Below are positions 13,630 through 28,138 of a stretch of 64,000 nucleotides of DNA, piece after piece; within the stretch, counting starts at the first letter, position 1; every line of letters starts with the position of its first letter. A program made the position numbers and the translations under genes. The notes beneath the pieces were generated by a model, which did not search any database, was not told the origin of the DNA, and saw only the letters and a program-made list of their open reading frames with translations. This DNA comes from Eledone cirrhosa (lineage: Eukaryota), in assembly GCA_964016885.1 (NCBI GenBank), contig OZ024743.1, forward strand, positions 258,168,001 to 258,232,000. The letters are read 5' to 3'.

Positions 13630-16600
13630 ATCATCATCATCATCATCATCGTTTAACGTCCAACTTCCACGCTTGCATGGGTTTGGACGGGAATTTTCCC
13701 ACTTGAGGCAAGATTGGTTGTCTTGCTCGTATAGGACTGTCTGGCGGGTTTTCTACGGCTGGATGCCCTTTATATATATATCATCATCATCGTCATCATC
13801 ATCGTTTAACGTCCATCTTCCACGCTTGCATGGGTTTGGACAGGAGTTTTCCCACTTGAGGCAAGATTAGTTGTCCTGCTCGTATAGGAGTGTCTGGCGG
13901 GTTTTCTATGGCTGGATGCTCTTCCTAACACCAACCACGTTTGCAGTGTGGACTGGGAGGTTTTTACAGCGTTTCCTACACGGCCACATTACAGCGTGGA
14001 CTGTGTGTTTTTTGTCATGACACCTACACGACCTCATTTGTTTTGGACTGGATGTTGTGATACCAACATAACTTCATATTGAAGGGAGGGGGGTGTAGTG
14101 GACAGGGGTGTATTTTTGTTAGAGGTGCCTACTGACTGTAGGTTTCGCTTGGTACTTAGGCAAGGCGGGTCTTCTGTATTACTGTGTAGCGCCAAAGATC
14201 TCGGTCCAGTGACATTGTCTTGAAGAGGTGTAAATGTGTGAGGTCGGAATTTATCAAGTCGTCCCAGGTTTTTCTGGGTCTGCCTACTCCGTGGCTACCA
14301 TCTATTTTTATCGCCCTGCACTTTTTTATACAGCTGTCGTCTTTCATGCGCATCACGTGACCATACCAATGTAGTCTTCTCTCGAGTAAACAACATCTGA
14401 TCCCTCTTATTCCTAATTTCTCCCTTAGTTCGTTTATGCTTTGCCGTTCACGTATATTACTATTACACATCCAGCGGAGCATGCAAGCTTTGTTCCTCTC
14501 CAGTCTGCATATATCCTCTGCACACAATGCCCAGGTCTCACTTCCATGTAACATTGCTGTTCATATGCAGACATCATACAGCCTGCCTTTCATTTTTAGA
14601 GAGAACCCTTTAGCGGCCAATAGTGGTATAAGCTCTCTGAACTTTTTCCATCCCGTTCTGACTCTAGCTACTATACTTTCAGAGCACCCTCCCCTACTGC
14701 TGATTTTATCACCCAGGTAACGGAAGGTGTCTACTATTTCTATAGAAACATCTGTGCAATGGAATGAGCTAGTATTCCCTGGGCACTTGCTGCTACTTAT
14801 TGCACCAGAGCACCGGCAAACATATAAAATCTATATTCTTAGTTAGCTTACCTGTGATCCCCTACATCATTTATGCACCAATACTTTGCATTTGGGATAT
14901 AAAATGGAGTTTCTGCCTACCCCTTTCCTACACTGAGCATGGCCATTTCCCAGATGGGACCAGTGCCCTATTTTACAAACTAGAACTATAGTCTTAGACA
15001 AGTTAACTTTAAGGCCTTTTGATTCTAGGCCATGCTTCCATGTTTGGAATTTCTTTTCTAGTTCAGCCATTGATTCAGCTATGAGCGTTAGATCATCTGC
15101 ATATAGGAGTTCCCATGGGCAGCCGTTCTTGAACTCCTCTGTTATAGCCTGAAGGGCAATAATAAATAGTAGGGAGCTAAGAACAGAGCCCTGATGAACA
15201 CCAACTTTTACGCTAAACTCTTCACTATATTCGTTGTTAATTCTAACCTTGCTGACTGTTTCTTTATACATGGCTTGTATAGCTCTAACAAGTCATTCAT
15301 CAACACCTAGTTTCATCAACACCAGATAATGGAGTGGGGGACTCTGTCAAAGGCTTTCTCCAAGTCAACAAAAGCTAAGTATAGGGGTTTACTTTTAGCT
15401 AGGTACTTCTCCTGTAGTTGTTGTACAATGAAAAGAGCGTCTGTGGTACTTTTACCTGACACAAACCCGAACTGCATTTCATCTAGATCAATTTGTTCTC
15501 TGATTAGTTGCGCTATTACTTTTTCTGTGACCTTCATGACCTGGTCGATTAATTTAATGCCTCTATAGTTACCCTTATCTAGGGCATCTCCTTTACCCTT
15601 GTAGCAGTTAATGATGATGCTGCTACGCCAGTCCTTCGGAACGGCTCCATTCTGTATGACTTGGTTTACTATCCGAAGGCCCAGCCGCCTTACCCGTCTT
15701 CATATCTTTGATTGCCTTACTTATTATACTACCTTCAACTAGCACTGCTGGTCCCTCTATTGGATCGATGTGGGGGAGACTGTCTTTCTCCCATTTATTC
15801 TCCTCATTTAGTAGCCTTTCGTAGTGACACTTCCAAGCTACCTTCTTATCACCATCAGTGATGGCAAGTACACCATCATCATTAAGGACACACTTCTCCC
15901 CGACAATATCACGGTTTTCCTTGACACATTGCCTAACAATCCTGAACACCTCACGTTTTTGGTCCTCAAGTTGTAGAACATGCTTGAACTTTCTTTCCTC
16001 TACTTCCCTTCTTGCGAAGTACACTTGTCTCCTAGCTTCTCTCCTGGCTACTTGATAGTCTTCTCTACTTCCCCCATCCTGCCATACTTTCCAAGCCTGC
16101 TTTTTGGCCTTAATTGACTCCTCCACCTTACTGTTCCACCACCACGTTACTCTCCTCCTGCCTATAGGCCTGCTCCAGCCACAGACTTCATCTGCCGCCT
16201 TCAGCAGGTTAACTTTCAGGAATTACCACTGTTCCTCTATATTGTACGACTCTAATTGCTCTTCCTTACTGTCGAAAGCATCAAGTAATATGTTTTTAAA
16301 TTTGTTACTGGCTGTGGGGTCCTTTAGCTTCCATATTTTTCTCCTGAGAATAGTCCTCCTCTGTTGTCGAATACGTCTTGTCCTGATTATGAGGTCGCTG
16401 ACTATGAGTCTATGTTGGGAGGTGCATTCTTCATGGGGGAGGGATTTAGTGTTAACAACAGACACTCTGTCACGTCTTCTGGTAAGGATATAATCTACCT
16501 GGCTTCTGTGTTCCCCTGCTCTATAGGTAATCAAGTGATTGTCTTGTTTTTTGAAGTTAGTGTTACAGATAGTTAGGTTATTTGCGTCACAGAATTCCAG

Positions 16601-16971
16601 GATTCTGAAGCCTTCCTCATTTCTAGTACCAAACCCATAGCCTGCATGGATTCCGTCATAGCCGTCACAATGTTGTCCAACGTGACCATTTAGGTCGCCA
16701 GCAATAATTATGTAGTCACTGTCGGTTATTTGGGAGGTAGTGAGCATCAATGTCTTATAGAATCTGTCTTTTATAGCGCCAGGCAGTCCGGATTGGGATG
16801 CATACGCAGATATTACTGTCACAGTAGTTCTATTTAGGACAAGTCTTATTTTAATTATTCTGTCGTTCACTCTATTTACGTCTATTATTTTATCTACCCA
16901 TTTTTCTGCTAACATGATTCCTACCCCACCCAGCCCATTGTCATTTCCCACCCAGAAAAGTTTATAGCATC

Positions 16972-16972
<1 letters not shown>
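13630..16972 (-). mobile_element. RTE-clade LINE (APE, RT and PHD-like insert), 5'-truncated and decayed; last ~150 bp duplicated in tandem
   Basis: APE motifs GVGIML, SAYA, AGDLNGHVG, QVDYIL, SQHRL. RT motifs FVDLEKAFD, QGSVLS, LLYADD. C-terminal GRPRKTW and a (GAT)n tail. 13630-13770 repeats about 13787-13925. Confidence 0.93.
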
Positions 16973-16974
<2 letters not shown>

Positions 16975-17040
<66 letters not shown>

Positions 17041-17045
17041 TTTTT

Positions 17046-17080
<35 letters not shown>

Positions 17081-17383
17081 GTAGTGTGGAGGTATAAGTA
17101 TAGAGATATGTATGTATAAAAAAATATAGATCTATATATATATCCTTGATAGCAGGAAAAGCAGACATTTAACAATGATGAAGATGATGATGATTTTAAA
17201 CACACACACATATATATATATATATATACATACACACATATGTGTGTACATATATATGTGTATATATATATGTGTATATATATATATGTGTATATATATA
17301 TGTGTGTATATATATATGTGTATATATATATGTGTATATACACATATATATATATATATACACATATATATATATATATACAC

Positions 17384-17444
<61 letters not shown>

Positions 17445-17466
17445 TATATATACACATATATACATA

Positions 17467-17500
<34 letters not shown>

Positions 17501-17878
17501 CACATATATATACACATATATATATACACACATATATGTACACATATATATATGTACATATATGCATATATATGTGTATATATGTGTATATATGTACACA
17601 TATATGTATATATGTGTATATATATATGTGTGTATATATATATGTATATATGTGTATATATATATGTGTATATATATGTGTATATATATATATGTGTGTA
17701 TATATATATGTGTATATATATATATGTGTATATACACATATATATATATATACACATATATATATATATACACATATATATATACACATATATATACACA
17801 TATATATATACACACATATATGTACACACATATATATATGTACATATATGCGTATATATGTGTATATATGTACATATA

Positions 17879-17935
<57 letters not shown>

Positions 17936-17983
17936 ATGATATATATATGTGTATATATACATGTGTTTATATATATATGTGTG

Positions 17984-18041
<58 letters not shown>

Positions 18042-18050
18042 TACATACAC
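16975..18050. repeat. About 1.1 kb compound (TA)n/TACA/TGTA microsatellite
   Basis: Direct observation. Confidence 0.97.
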
Positions 18051-18415
18051 ATGCCCATACATATGCTTGTATGCATGTATCAAGGCCATTAGTTAGGAAT
18101 TATCTTCAATACATATCTTTTTCGCTTTCTTCTATCCTTTCCCTTCTACCTGTCCTCTTTCTCAACCTCTTTATCTCCCCTCAGCCCCCTGCCTTCTAAG
18201 CCTTTTAACTGCTCTGTTCCGATATTTACCATAGCTATTAATACGCAGCTCATATATATAGCGCACATATGCTCAGATATGCCATTAGTATATACAGCAC
18301 TAATATGAAAGCACCAGCAATATCATACAACCATTATCTCAACTATATTTTAATTCCCACAGATTGCTCTACTAACATTTCGCAATATTCAGCTCCTTAC
18401 ATGTTCTCCTCTTTA

Positions 18416-18454
<39 letters not shown>

Positions 18455-18574
18455 GTGTATGTGTGTTTATACATCCATGTATGTATACATGTGTATATGT
18501 ACACACACACATTTATATATACACATATATAAAGTACATATACATAGGTATAGGCATATATATATATATATATG

Positions 18575-20816
18575 CAGTGGCGTAGCTAGGGTAAACGGCG
18601 CCCAGAGCAAGCATCAAAATTGCCCCACCCCTCACTCCCTTGAAAAAGTCAAGATCCACAAAGACGAAATTGCGGTAGAATTTATAATAAAAAAACAAAA
18701 AACGGTTACAACTTTATTTTTCGGGCTTTTAATGAGGCAAACTGGTTGATAATTTCCTAGAAATCAGTTCGTTCAAACTCTTCGATTTGTACACTCAAAA
18801 GGGCGAGGTCAGTCAGCCGTTGTTGGCCCATTGAGGTTCGCAAATACGAATGTATTAGCTTCAGCTTGCTGAATGACCTCTCGTAACTGGCAATTGAAAT
18901 AGAAATCGTCAACATTATTTGAATGCTGATTCGCAAATTGGGATAAACACATTCATCGCCGTATTGTATGATGAATTGGAGAAGTGCCTCCGGCTTTAAA
19001 ATTAGGTCAGCTGTCCTAGTAGCCAGCAAAGATCGGCAGTCGAAGATTTCCTCATACAACTGCTCTCCGTCGATGTTGGAGTTGTATAGTTCCGCAACAC
19101 TGTTGCACCTTTGTTTAAGGACAAGGTTATCAGGAGCAGCCAAATAAAACAGATAGTTGACATCAAGAAGAAAGCCAAAACTTGAGTCGGTTTCCTTAAG
19201 TCGAATAAACAGTTCTTCCATTTCTGTTTGAAGACGATTGAGTGAACTTTGCATTGCTCTCTCTCTATCTCTTTTCTGGCAGCCACCTCGACGTCCTCAG
19301 TAATTTCGGTATTGGTTTGTCGTCTTCCTCGCCTCCTCGGAAAATCGACATTCCATTTCTGGCAGAGGTCGAAGCCCATTTCAAGAGACTCGTGGATTAA
19401 GGATGTTCCTTCTTCTTTAAAATAAAGTTGAAGGGCTCCTATATCAGTTGCAGCATCGTGAAAATTCATTCTTGGATCTTGAAGTCTCTTTTGAACCCAG
19501 TCAATTCGTGAGAGAATCGTGTTCCAGAATCCAATCAAGTTCAGGAATTCATAACTCAGTATCCGATTATGGAGATTACTGGCATCACTTCTACTCTCAC
19601 ATGTCTCTGTTTCATCATCACTAATTGTTTCGAGAACTTGAACAATCATCGTCAAATAATTCGCCACCGGTCTGACTACAGTACATCTAGCACTCCACTG
19701 CGTGTTGGAAGGATATTTAACAACCACTGGAGCAACTTTTTAAGTGCTTCCCATCGTCGTGTTGAACGAGAAAAGAAGTTGTATAACGAGTCAATGCAAC
19801 TGAAAAAGTTCATCATAGCAGAATCGTTTTTGGCTGCATAAGACCAGCCAGATTAAGTGAATGGTTATCGCAATTAATGAAGTGAAAAAAATTCTTCTTC
19901 TCTCTCATTCTCTGCTGAACCCTACTGCGGTGCCCAGCCATTATGGCAGCATTGTCATAGTTCTGCGGTGGTAGGTCATCTTTTTCTAACTCTTTCACGA
20001 TTGTCTCAACAAGGCTTGCGGTATCTTTTTTGATTACTTGAATGAATCCAAGAAAAGATTCCCTCACAACGACCGTCTTCATATTGAAATCAACATCGAC
20101 ATATCGCACAACTTTTGACAGTTGTTCTCGCGGTGCGCCTGGTCAGGGGTCGAATAAATCAGCAGACCATCGTATCTTGCTTTTTTGATACGATTTAGTA
20201 AATTCTGACGAACTGTAGAAGAAAACATTGAACCATCTAAACTGAAGTCAAATTGAATTCCTAATAGAAGCTATCCGATCCTATCTGGCCATTTGGATTA
20301 TGATACCTTTTCTATAAGTCTTATGTACCAGTTGTAAAAGACAAACTACTGTGTTTTGTAAACCAGCTTCATAATTATAATTATCTTGTATTGGACATTG
20401 CAATGCATTGCTAAAAATAGCGCCTACGTGTCCACCAGTTGCACGTCCAAAACTATGTCCCTTCAGCCAGTGTGTGTGGGGGAGGGGTTGTGAGGTCAAG
20501 TGAGGTATCCGCTGTTTTGCAATGTATAGCTAAAAATAGCGTCCGCATAATTGCAACCTACCCTGCTGTCAGTGTGGAGGAGGGGGAGGGCGGTGTTTTT
20601 GTGAAGTCAAATCAGACATCTGCTCTGTCTAGTGCACTAGACATGGCGTGGAAGTCGGTTATCAAGAAATCATATGCTTCATTTTTGGCTTATATTTTTA
20701 AAAATGATAAAAACGAAATGGATGTAAATCAATCTAGGTCGAAATTGCGCCCCCCCCCCCCTAAATATGGCGCCCCTGGCATGTGCCCTGCTTGCCACAC
20801 CCTAGATACGCCTCTG
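18575..20816 (-). mobile_element. hAT DNA transposon (Tip100/ZMYM-like), internally deleted, with transposase pseudogene
   Basis: TIRs CAGTGGCGTAGCTAGG and CCTAGATACGCCTCTG. 8-bp TSD TATATATG at 18567-18574 and 20817-20824. Motifs YDNAAIMAG, CDNHSLNL, TQWSAR and hATC ERSFSKLKLIHSYLRTSM are split across frames. Confidence 0.93.
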
Positions 20817-21079
20817 TATATATGTATAAATATATATATCTATGTATCTATGTAAAAAAATATATATATATACATACTCTTACCAACACACATATATATA
20901 TATATCTTCCTGACCGTAATTTTTCGGTCGTATGGTTGATTTTAGACATAATCTATGTGTGTTGGTATTTTAACGATAGTTATAGCTCTGATATCTCTGA
21001 ATTATTGAGCCCTCTGCCACTCATGTCGAATTTTGTTTATCGTGAACTCGTGAGCCGATTTTTCGATACTCGATTATTC

Positions 21080-21142
<63 letters not shown>

Positions 21143-21422
21143 TGATTCTGGCTTGATTTCTACAGCTGGATGCCCTTCCTAACACCAACCTCATTTACAG
21201 TGAGTGGTGGGTGCTTTTTTGCCGTGGCACCTCCACGACCACTTTGCAGTGGAATGATAGGGACCCCAGTCCCTATCATCTCGTTTCTACAGCTGAGTAA
21301 ACTGGAGCAAAGTGAACTAAAGTGTCTTGCTCAAGGAAACAACACATCACCCGGTCTGAGAATTGAACTCACAACCTTTCGATTGCGAGGCCAATGCTCT
21401 AACCACTAAGCCATGTGCCTCC
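21143..21422 (-). mobile_element. SINE family B
   Basis: Reverse complement of the 5822-6110 element. Confidence 0.85.
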
Positions 21423-22007
21423 ACATATGTATATATATGTATGTATGTATGTATATATGTATGTATATATATATGTCCCACTCTCTTAACCAAGATGATA
21501 TTTACCAAAAAGAAGAACAAGTCAACATCATTGGATACCATCAGGTTGCAGGTGTTATATCAGAGTTTTCCTTCTCCTAGAATTCTGCCTTGACAAAGGC
21601 TAAGGGGTCATCTCTCCCGGTGATTTTGGATGCCCATTATGGCCATTTGTGCAGTGCCTTTGCTCACTATAAAAGCTTCACAACATAGGCATTGCTTTAT
21701 ATCTGGAGACTTCTCTGCACTTGTCGTCACATGGTACCATGGGCCCAGCACTATTTGTCAATAATTGTCACAAGTGTAGTGTTTGTACCAGAGTTTTCAA
21801 GTCGCTGGCTGGACTAAAAAGTCACACTCGTTCAACGCATCGGTAGGGGTTCTCCTACATGGATATAAAGTAGTGGCCGTACTCGAAAACGAGTTGGCAG
21901 CCACCATATATATATGTATGTATATATGTATGTATATATGTATGTATATATATATATATATGTATGTAATATATATATGTATGTATATATATATGTGTGT
22001 GTAAATT

Positions 22008-22045
<38 letters not shown>

Positions 22046-22197
22046 ATAATATTGAGTTGAGGAACCGAGCATATTTAACAATGCCAGGACCGGTTGTATT
22101 TTAGCGTACTCAATAGATAATGTAGAGTACATTCCCAGAATATACACATAGTTAGTCGCTTCAATACAAAACACGTAAACGGGCGCCTATATTAATT

Positions 22198-22308
22198 CCC
22201 GGACTCAAGTTTCAGCCACACTTAATGCAGCAGTAGGGTGCACTGCACCCTCTGTCTGCATATATTATGCAACAATGCATAATTGGCGCATGTGGATTCA
22301 TCAGCGGG
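22198..22308 (-). ncRNA. Type I hammerhead with multibranched expanded stem II, in a solo pLTR-like segment (about 22045-22380)
   Basis: cccg-CTGATGA-atccacat...gtgtggct-GAAA-cttgag-TC-cggg; GUC cleavage triplet; two extra hairpins inside domain II. Confidence 0.8.
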
Positions 22309-22757
22309 TATCGCCTAATCAATAACCAATCGATCAACAGAATTAAAACTCCAGTCCATGCCAGCTATGACTGTTTGTGATATATATAGGCTTTTATCTT
22401 TCACTCTACTACTTGAGTTTCTTTCCTTTTTCGTTCATCAAATACATTTCTTATTCCATCATTTTCATTTATTTTATATTCCTTCTGACGGAAAAGAAAA
22501 AAGGAATGAAAGGAACTGAAGTTCCTTTTTTTCCTTCCCACTCACCATTATCTCATTCCTATAGTTTATTAATTCATGAATCATTGATTTCAAAGTTACC
22601 TAAAATATTCTCTTTCAGACAAAGGGCCAGTTCCAAAACATCAGTTCCTCATTGCATAGTATATTTGCAACTGTATTATTAATGAAATATACACTTTTTC
22701 CCAATGAAGTTATGAAGCATTTCCAAGGCATTTACTAAAATTCTTATTTATTTCATG

Positions 22758-22960
22758 ATTGGATTGGCAGTATCACTAGGGAATCAGACATGCGTTGTGG
22801 CATCTATTTGTGGCCCTTAACTATCTGAGTTCAAAACCTACCAAGGTTAACTTCGCCTTTCATTCATATGGGGCTGATAAAATAAAGTACTCTATCGATT
22901 TAACTGACATTCTTCTCCCTTCAGATTGTTGGTCTTGAGCTTAAATTAGAAAACATTATT
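22758..22960 (+). mobile_element. SINE family A, diverged
   Basis: GGATTGGCAGTATC...GAGTTCAAA...GCCTTTCAT...GATAAAATAAAGTAC. Confidence 0.7.
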
Positions 22961-23052
22961 TATTTCATGACTGAGATAGTAATTTAACATATGTTTCTTA
23001 TCCAAAATTATGTTGTATTTAGGTCAGAAAAATTCTCATTTTAAAATGTTTA

Positions 23053-24500
23053 TCGTCTTCTTCTTCTTCCTTTTCTTCTCACCCACTTAGTGGGGGTTGA
23101 ACCCACAAACACTCCTTCCAGCGGGTCCTGTCAGAAGCAACCATCTCAAACTGATCTGGCTGGATTCCCAAGCGAGACCAGCCAACCATCTTGCTTGAGG
23201 GTCTACCTCTGGGTCGTCTGCCAGTTAGTTTTTTTCCCCACAAAATCTGTCAAGTGGTTCTTTCCTGAGACATTCTCTCAATTCAGAGAAGTAGCAGCTC
23301 TACCTGGAGTGCCTCTCTGACCTCCGGGCTAGGCACTCTATCAAGTAATGTTACTCCAAAGACCCTTTAGAGGAACCCTATTTTGGCCACTTGTATTCAC
23401 AATCGTATTCTTTTGGTCATTACCCAAGATTCATGACCGTAGGTAAGGGTTGACTCAAATACCAAATTGAAGATAGCAAGTTTGGCTTTTACACCTACCT
23501 CCCTTTTTCTGATTACTGAATGCTGCATTACTCCACCAGCTCCTGCAATTCTTGCTCTCAATTCAGCCACTTGCCTTCCATCACTCGGGAGCACAGCCCT
23601 GAGATACTTGAATTTCTCTACCTGCTTCAGTAGAACTCCTTTTACATGTAGACTGCACTGTGCAGGCTTCTTTGAGAGGACGAGTGTCTCAGTTTTCACA
23701 GCACTGATTTTCATTCTAGTCATACAGAACTCAGCATTAAACCTATCAAGTTCAAGTTGAAGATCACTCTCTGTCGAGTTAAGTAACACCATGTTGTCTG
23801 CAAATTCCAGCCAACAGATTTACACCCACCAGTCATGATACCATTTCCAACTCAGCTGCGCATGTCAATCTTATTAATGTAAATAATGAACGGGAGATGT
23901 AACAGTACACGCCTTTTGGCAGAGTCCAAATCCCACAATGAATGGTTTTGATTTAGCACCATTTATCTGAATACAAAAACTCGAGCATTCATATAGAGAC
24001 ATCAAGACAACAAGGAGCTGACTATCGATCCCATACTGCTGTACAACTTTGCATAGCAGGTCCCAAGTTACGTGGTCATATGCCTTTTCAGGGTCAACAA
24101 AACAAGTATATACCTCTTGACACTACTTTCGCGACTTTTCGAAGACCTGCCGCAGTGTGAATATTTTGTCAGCTGTGCTGTGTCTGGGGCAAAAGCCAGA
24201 CAATCTCCCTGCATCTTAATGTCTGACACTTAGCATAGAGTTTAACAAGGAGGTAAATTGGGATTAGCACTCCTGATTGCCATTGCTTAGGTGCCTTTCC
24301 AAAGATCCAGACCACCCGCCACACATGAGTCAGCCAAAGAATACTTTCTCTATTTTAAGGCTTTTAACATCTCAGGACGGATTTCATTTTCCCCAGCAGC
24401 TTTGCTACATTTGAACTCTTTAACTGCTCTTGTGACCCCAGCCTATGAGAGATTAGTCACAGCTCCCAAATGCACCTCATGTAAATCAGAAGATGTTTAT
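23053..24500 (-). mobile_element. Decayed RTE-like LINE of a second family, with (GAA)n tail
   Basis: FVDPEKAYD-type motif near 24080-24105; ORF 23397-23792 has DLQ..LDRF, KISAVKTE, VEKFKYL and LTYGHESW. Confidence 0.8.
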
Positions 24501-24814
24501 CTTTATATTAAGATGTTATATAATTTTATTTTGGAAATCTTCAAGTAATGTTGTAAATATCAGTTTACTAATGAAAAAATAGTTATTCTATTAAAGTATT
24601 CCAAATTCATAGTTATTTTTTAAATTAATTGAACATATAGGCTATGTATTTCATTAGAAATGTAGTCATGAATAGGTTATAATGGGTGGTTTTGTTTCAT
24701 AATGACAATGATGATGATATTAGTAATGTTTTCTTAATAAGGCACAAGGCCAGCAATTTTGAGGGAAGGGGAAAATCAATTAAAACAATTCCAATACTAG
24801 ACAGTACAGCTCTC

Positions 24815-25110
24815 ATGAATTTTGGAAACATTTTTTCACGCTCAGAGTTGCTGACACATGGAACAAATTACCTGCATCAGTTGTTAGCTGTTGGGACTCT
24901 GCATCCTTCAAAACTTCTATATTTCCTGAAATTCGTCAACACTACGCCTGGTATTCCCTCTCTATACACACCTATGCATGTATGTGTGTATATTATGACT
25001 CATACACTGTTCACTTTCCTGATATTTGTACATTATTCTATGTACTATACATGCACCGTTGATGAGTTGTAGTGCACCTGAGCACTGTACACAATAATTT
25101 TCATTTTTTT
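24815..25110 (+). mobile_element. CR1-type 3' end fragment
   Basis: Similar to the reverse complement of 32598-32880 (FFTLRVA..WNKLPASVV plus 3' UTR). Confidence 0.7.
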
Positions 25111-25266
25111 TTATCAACTCCTGGTGGTGGTGTGGGGGGGGGGGGGGTAAATTTGCCTTCAGCAGAATGTAATGATGATGGTACATATTAATAATGAAGA
25201 CAACAATAATGGTGTTGAGGAATAGTAATGATGACAATGAAAATGATGATTAGAAATCTGTTGATA

Positions 25267-25392
25267 ATAATTGTTTCTACTTTTGGCACAAGGCCAGCAA
25301 TTACCCAGTGCATTACTGGTACTTTATTTTATCAACCCCGTAAGGATGAAAGGCAAAGTTAACCTCGGTGGGATTTGAACTCAGAATGGCAA
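25267..25392 (-). mobile_element. SINE family A, 3' half
   Basis: Matches the reverse complement of 5208-5335. Confidence 0.8.
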
Positions 25393-25819
25393 TATCTGTT
25401 GATAATAATGTTGATAATGATGAGAATAGTAGTTATTTTGATGATGATGATGGTACTGAAGATGGTGGAGATGATGCTGATGGTAATAATGCTGTTGATG
25501 AAGACAGTGATATGGAGAAATAGAAGGATTAGCATAAAATAATTTTGGTGAGATTCTATCGAATAAAATCTGGAATTTCCTAAAAATATCAGCATCACAT
25601 CAAAGAAATATGTGTGAGTGTCTGTCTGTCACTATATCTAAGAGAGACTGTGCCACTCTTTGACACTATATTTGAGTGTATATGAGAGAGGCTGTGTGTG
25701 TGTGTGGGCGTATCTATGTATCAGTATATATGTGCACATTTGTATATCTGGGGAAAACTCTGTGTTTGAGTATGCATTTGTGTCTCTCTGTGGGTCTCCA
25801 TGTATGTTGGTACACACTG

Positions 25820-25872
<53 letters not shown>

Positions 25873-26048
25873 TTGTATCTGTGTCACTACATCAGAGGTA
25901 GAGAGTCTGTGTTAGTGTGTCTGTCTGTATGTTTGTGTGTGTGGTGGTGGTGGGGGGGGGGGGGAGTGTGTGTCATTTTGTTTGAGCTTCTGTATATATA
26001 TATGTTTGTTTGTGCATGGGTGTCTGAGTTTGTCTGATCATTATATGC

Positions 26049-26089
<41 letters not shown>

Positions 26090-26325
26090 TGTACACACAC
26101 ATACATACATTCATACATATGGAAATCAGATGTTAAATGATTATGATATATATATATTTATATGTACATAAATATACATATGTATATTTACATGCATTTG
26201 CGTAAGTACATATATAGATATGTGAGACCATGTGTATGTCAGTATATATATATATATATATATGCATATGAATTTATATATCTATATTTACATGTATTTG
26301 TGTAAGTATATGTTTAAATCTGAGA

Positions 26326-26365
<40 letters not shown>

Positions 26366-27132
26366 GTATTTATGTTATCATCTTCATTTTCCATGCTAGC
26401 AAGAGTTGTGTGTGTGTATATATATATATTTCTATATATATATGTAAGTACATATATAAATATGCGTGTGTCCAAGTATTTATGTGAGTATGTACGTATT
26501 TGAATGTACTTATGTAAATATGCATATAAATTGCTGTGTGTCTATATATGTGTGTGTGTCTATATATGTGTGTGTGTAATATATTTCATGTTTCAATTTG
26601 CAATCCAAAGTTTTATGGTTGACTGAGAATCTTCCAAGATGTGTGCAGCAGCAACAAGCTGGTAGTTTCTTGACTCAAGATAAATCGGCTTCCTTCCTTA
26701 ATAGAATCAGTAAATTACCAATTCTTCCCTGCATCACCAAACGCCAAATCTCCACAGTCTAAAGCCAGGTTTATAATTTCAAAGATTTCAAAGTATGTTT
26801 GTATGTTTGAGTTTTTCATAAGAGAGTTGTAATGCTTGAGTAGAGAGGGCATCGTATTTATGTCTGTCTGCTTAATTTTGGTCAGGAGTATATATATATA
26901 TATAATTATACACACACTCACATGTGCATACATATATAATACATGTATGTGTGTATATATAATATTTATGTGTCTCAGAGAGTTGACCAAATACCTCTCA
27001 GAGTCTGTTAAACCCACCAGAAAAAGACATTTGTTCCACTGTCTAAGAAGGTCAGAAATATGAAAATGTGAGTAATCAGGAAATATAACCATATCAATAT
27101 ATATATATATATATAATATGTATAATATATAA

Positions 27133-27770
27133 TCTATATATATAAAACTGAGGATGTCTGTCTGTGTGTGTGTGTCTGTGAGTTTGAATCCCTAAAACTC
27201 GAGAAGTATCCAACCAACTTTTTTCAAACTTTACTTGTGTATTACTTCTGTTTCAGGGAGTGTTATGCACATTCAACTTTTTGATCCCCTAGGGCCCACA
27301 TTAGGTGATAAACTGCGTCTTTTCAGGTTTTTAGGGGTTTTTGAGGTGTTACGTCAAACTGATATCCTTGATATTGTAACTATGTATTAGTCAGTCTCTT
27401 CTTCATACCGTGAGCAAAGAAAATCCAACTTTTATATGGCTTAGGGCCCGCATTAGGTGAAAAACTTCATTTTTTCAGGTTTTTAGGGCTTTTTTTGAAG
27501 CGCTACATCTAGCTGATTTCCCCGAAATTTCAAGGCATATTATGCACATGAAAAAAATTCATTTTCTTGATCCCCTAGGGCCCGCATTAGGTGAAAACGT
27601 GCATTTTACCTGCTTCATCGAGGAAAATCTTAAAGATTATCCAGCCATCAGAGTATTCGGTTTATTTTCTTTACATATTGTCCAGGCATGCAGTTTTTCC
27701 CTGATTAGGTCTGTTGGCGGCCCGCATTCCAAAATACCTTATCCTGTGCAATGCCAGGTACCACTGCTAA
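27133..27770 (+). mobile_element. Non-autonomous Helitron
   Basis: A|TCTATATATATAAAA 5' end followed by GTCT/GT repeats. 3' hairpin CCTGTGCAATGCCAGG then CTAA|T (CTRR). Internal repeat TAGGGCCC.CATTAGGTGA occurs three times. Confidence 0.75.
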
Positions 27771-28138
27771 TATATAAAAAATATATAAAATATAATATAT
27801 ATATAATATATATATATATAACATATCAAAAATATATAATAAATGTAATATATAATATATATAATAAATATATATATATATATATAATATATATATAATA
27901 TACTTACGGTAAACATTGATGCAATTCATTTCAAGCACTCAACGTATTTTTCCATATAGGAAGATGGAGTATATTTAGATGAGAAAATGCGTCATTGAAA
28001 TATGTATCACACCATTATCAATAAAGGACTTAACATCTGAAACTACTTCACATTTTCTCATTCTATATATAACCCATGCTAGCATGGAAGAACGGACGTA
28101 AAACGGTGATGATGATGATAATATATATATATATAAAG

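Noticed and set aside
16975-18199. Long 200-340 aa ORFs rich in Y, I, H and C
   Set aside because: Translations of TA/CA/TG microsatellite; the same applies near 5500, 36100, 46000, 47600, 55400 and 61600.
26610-26870. Possible minus-strand host exon with AG/GT boundaries
   Set aside because: The downstream reading IKEGSR..RNYQLV resembles IHKGGS..KNYKPV of the CR1 RT, so a decayed LINE relic is more likely.
27280-27600. Spaced repeats resembling a CRISPR array
   Set aside because: Only three units of about 130-155 bp with homologous intervening sequence, inside a eukaryotic Helitron; no cas genes.
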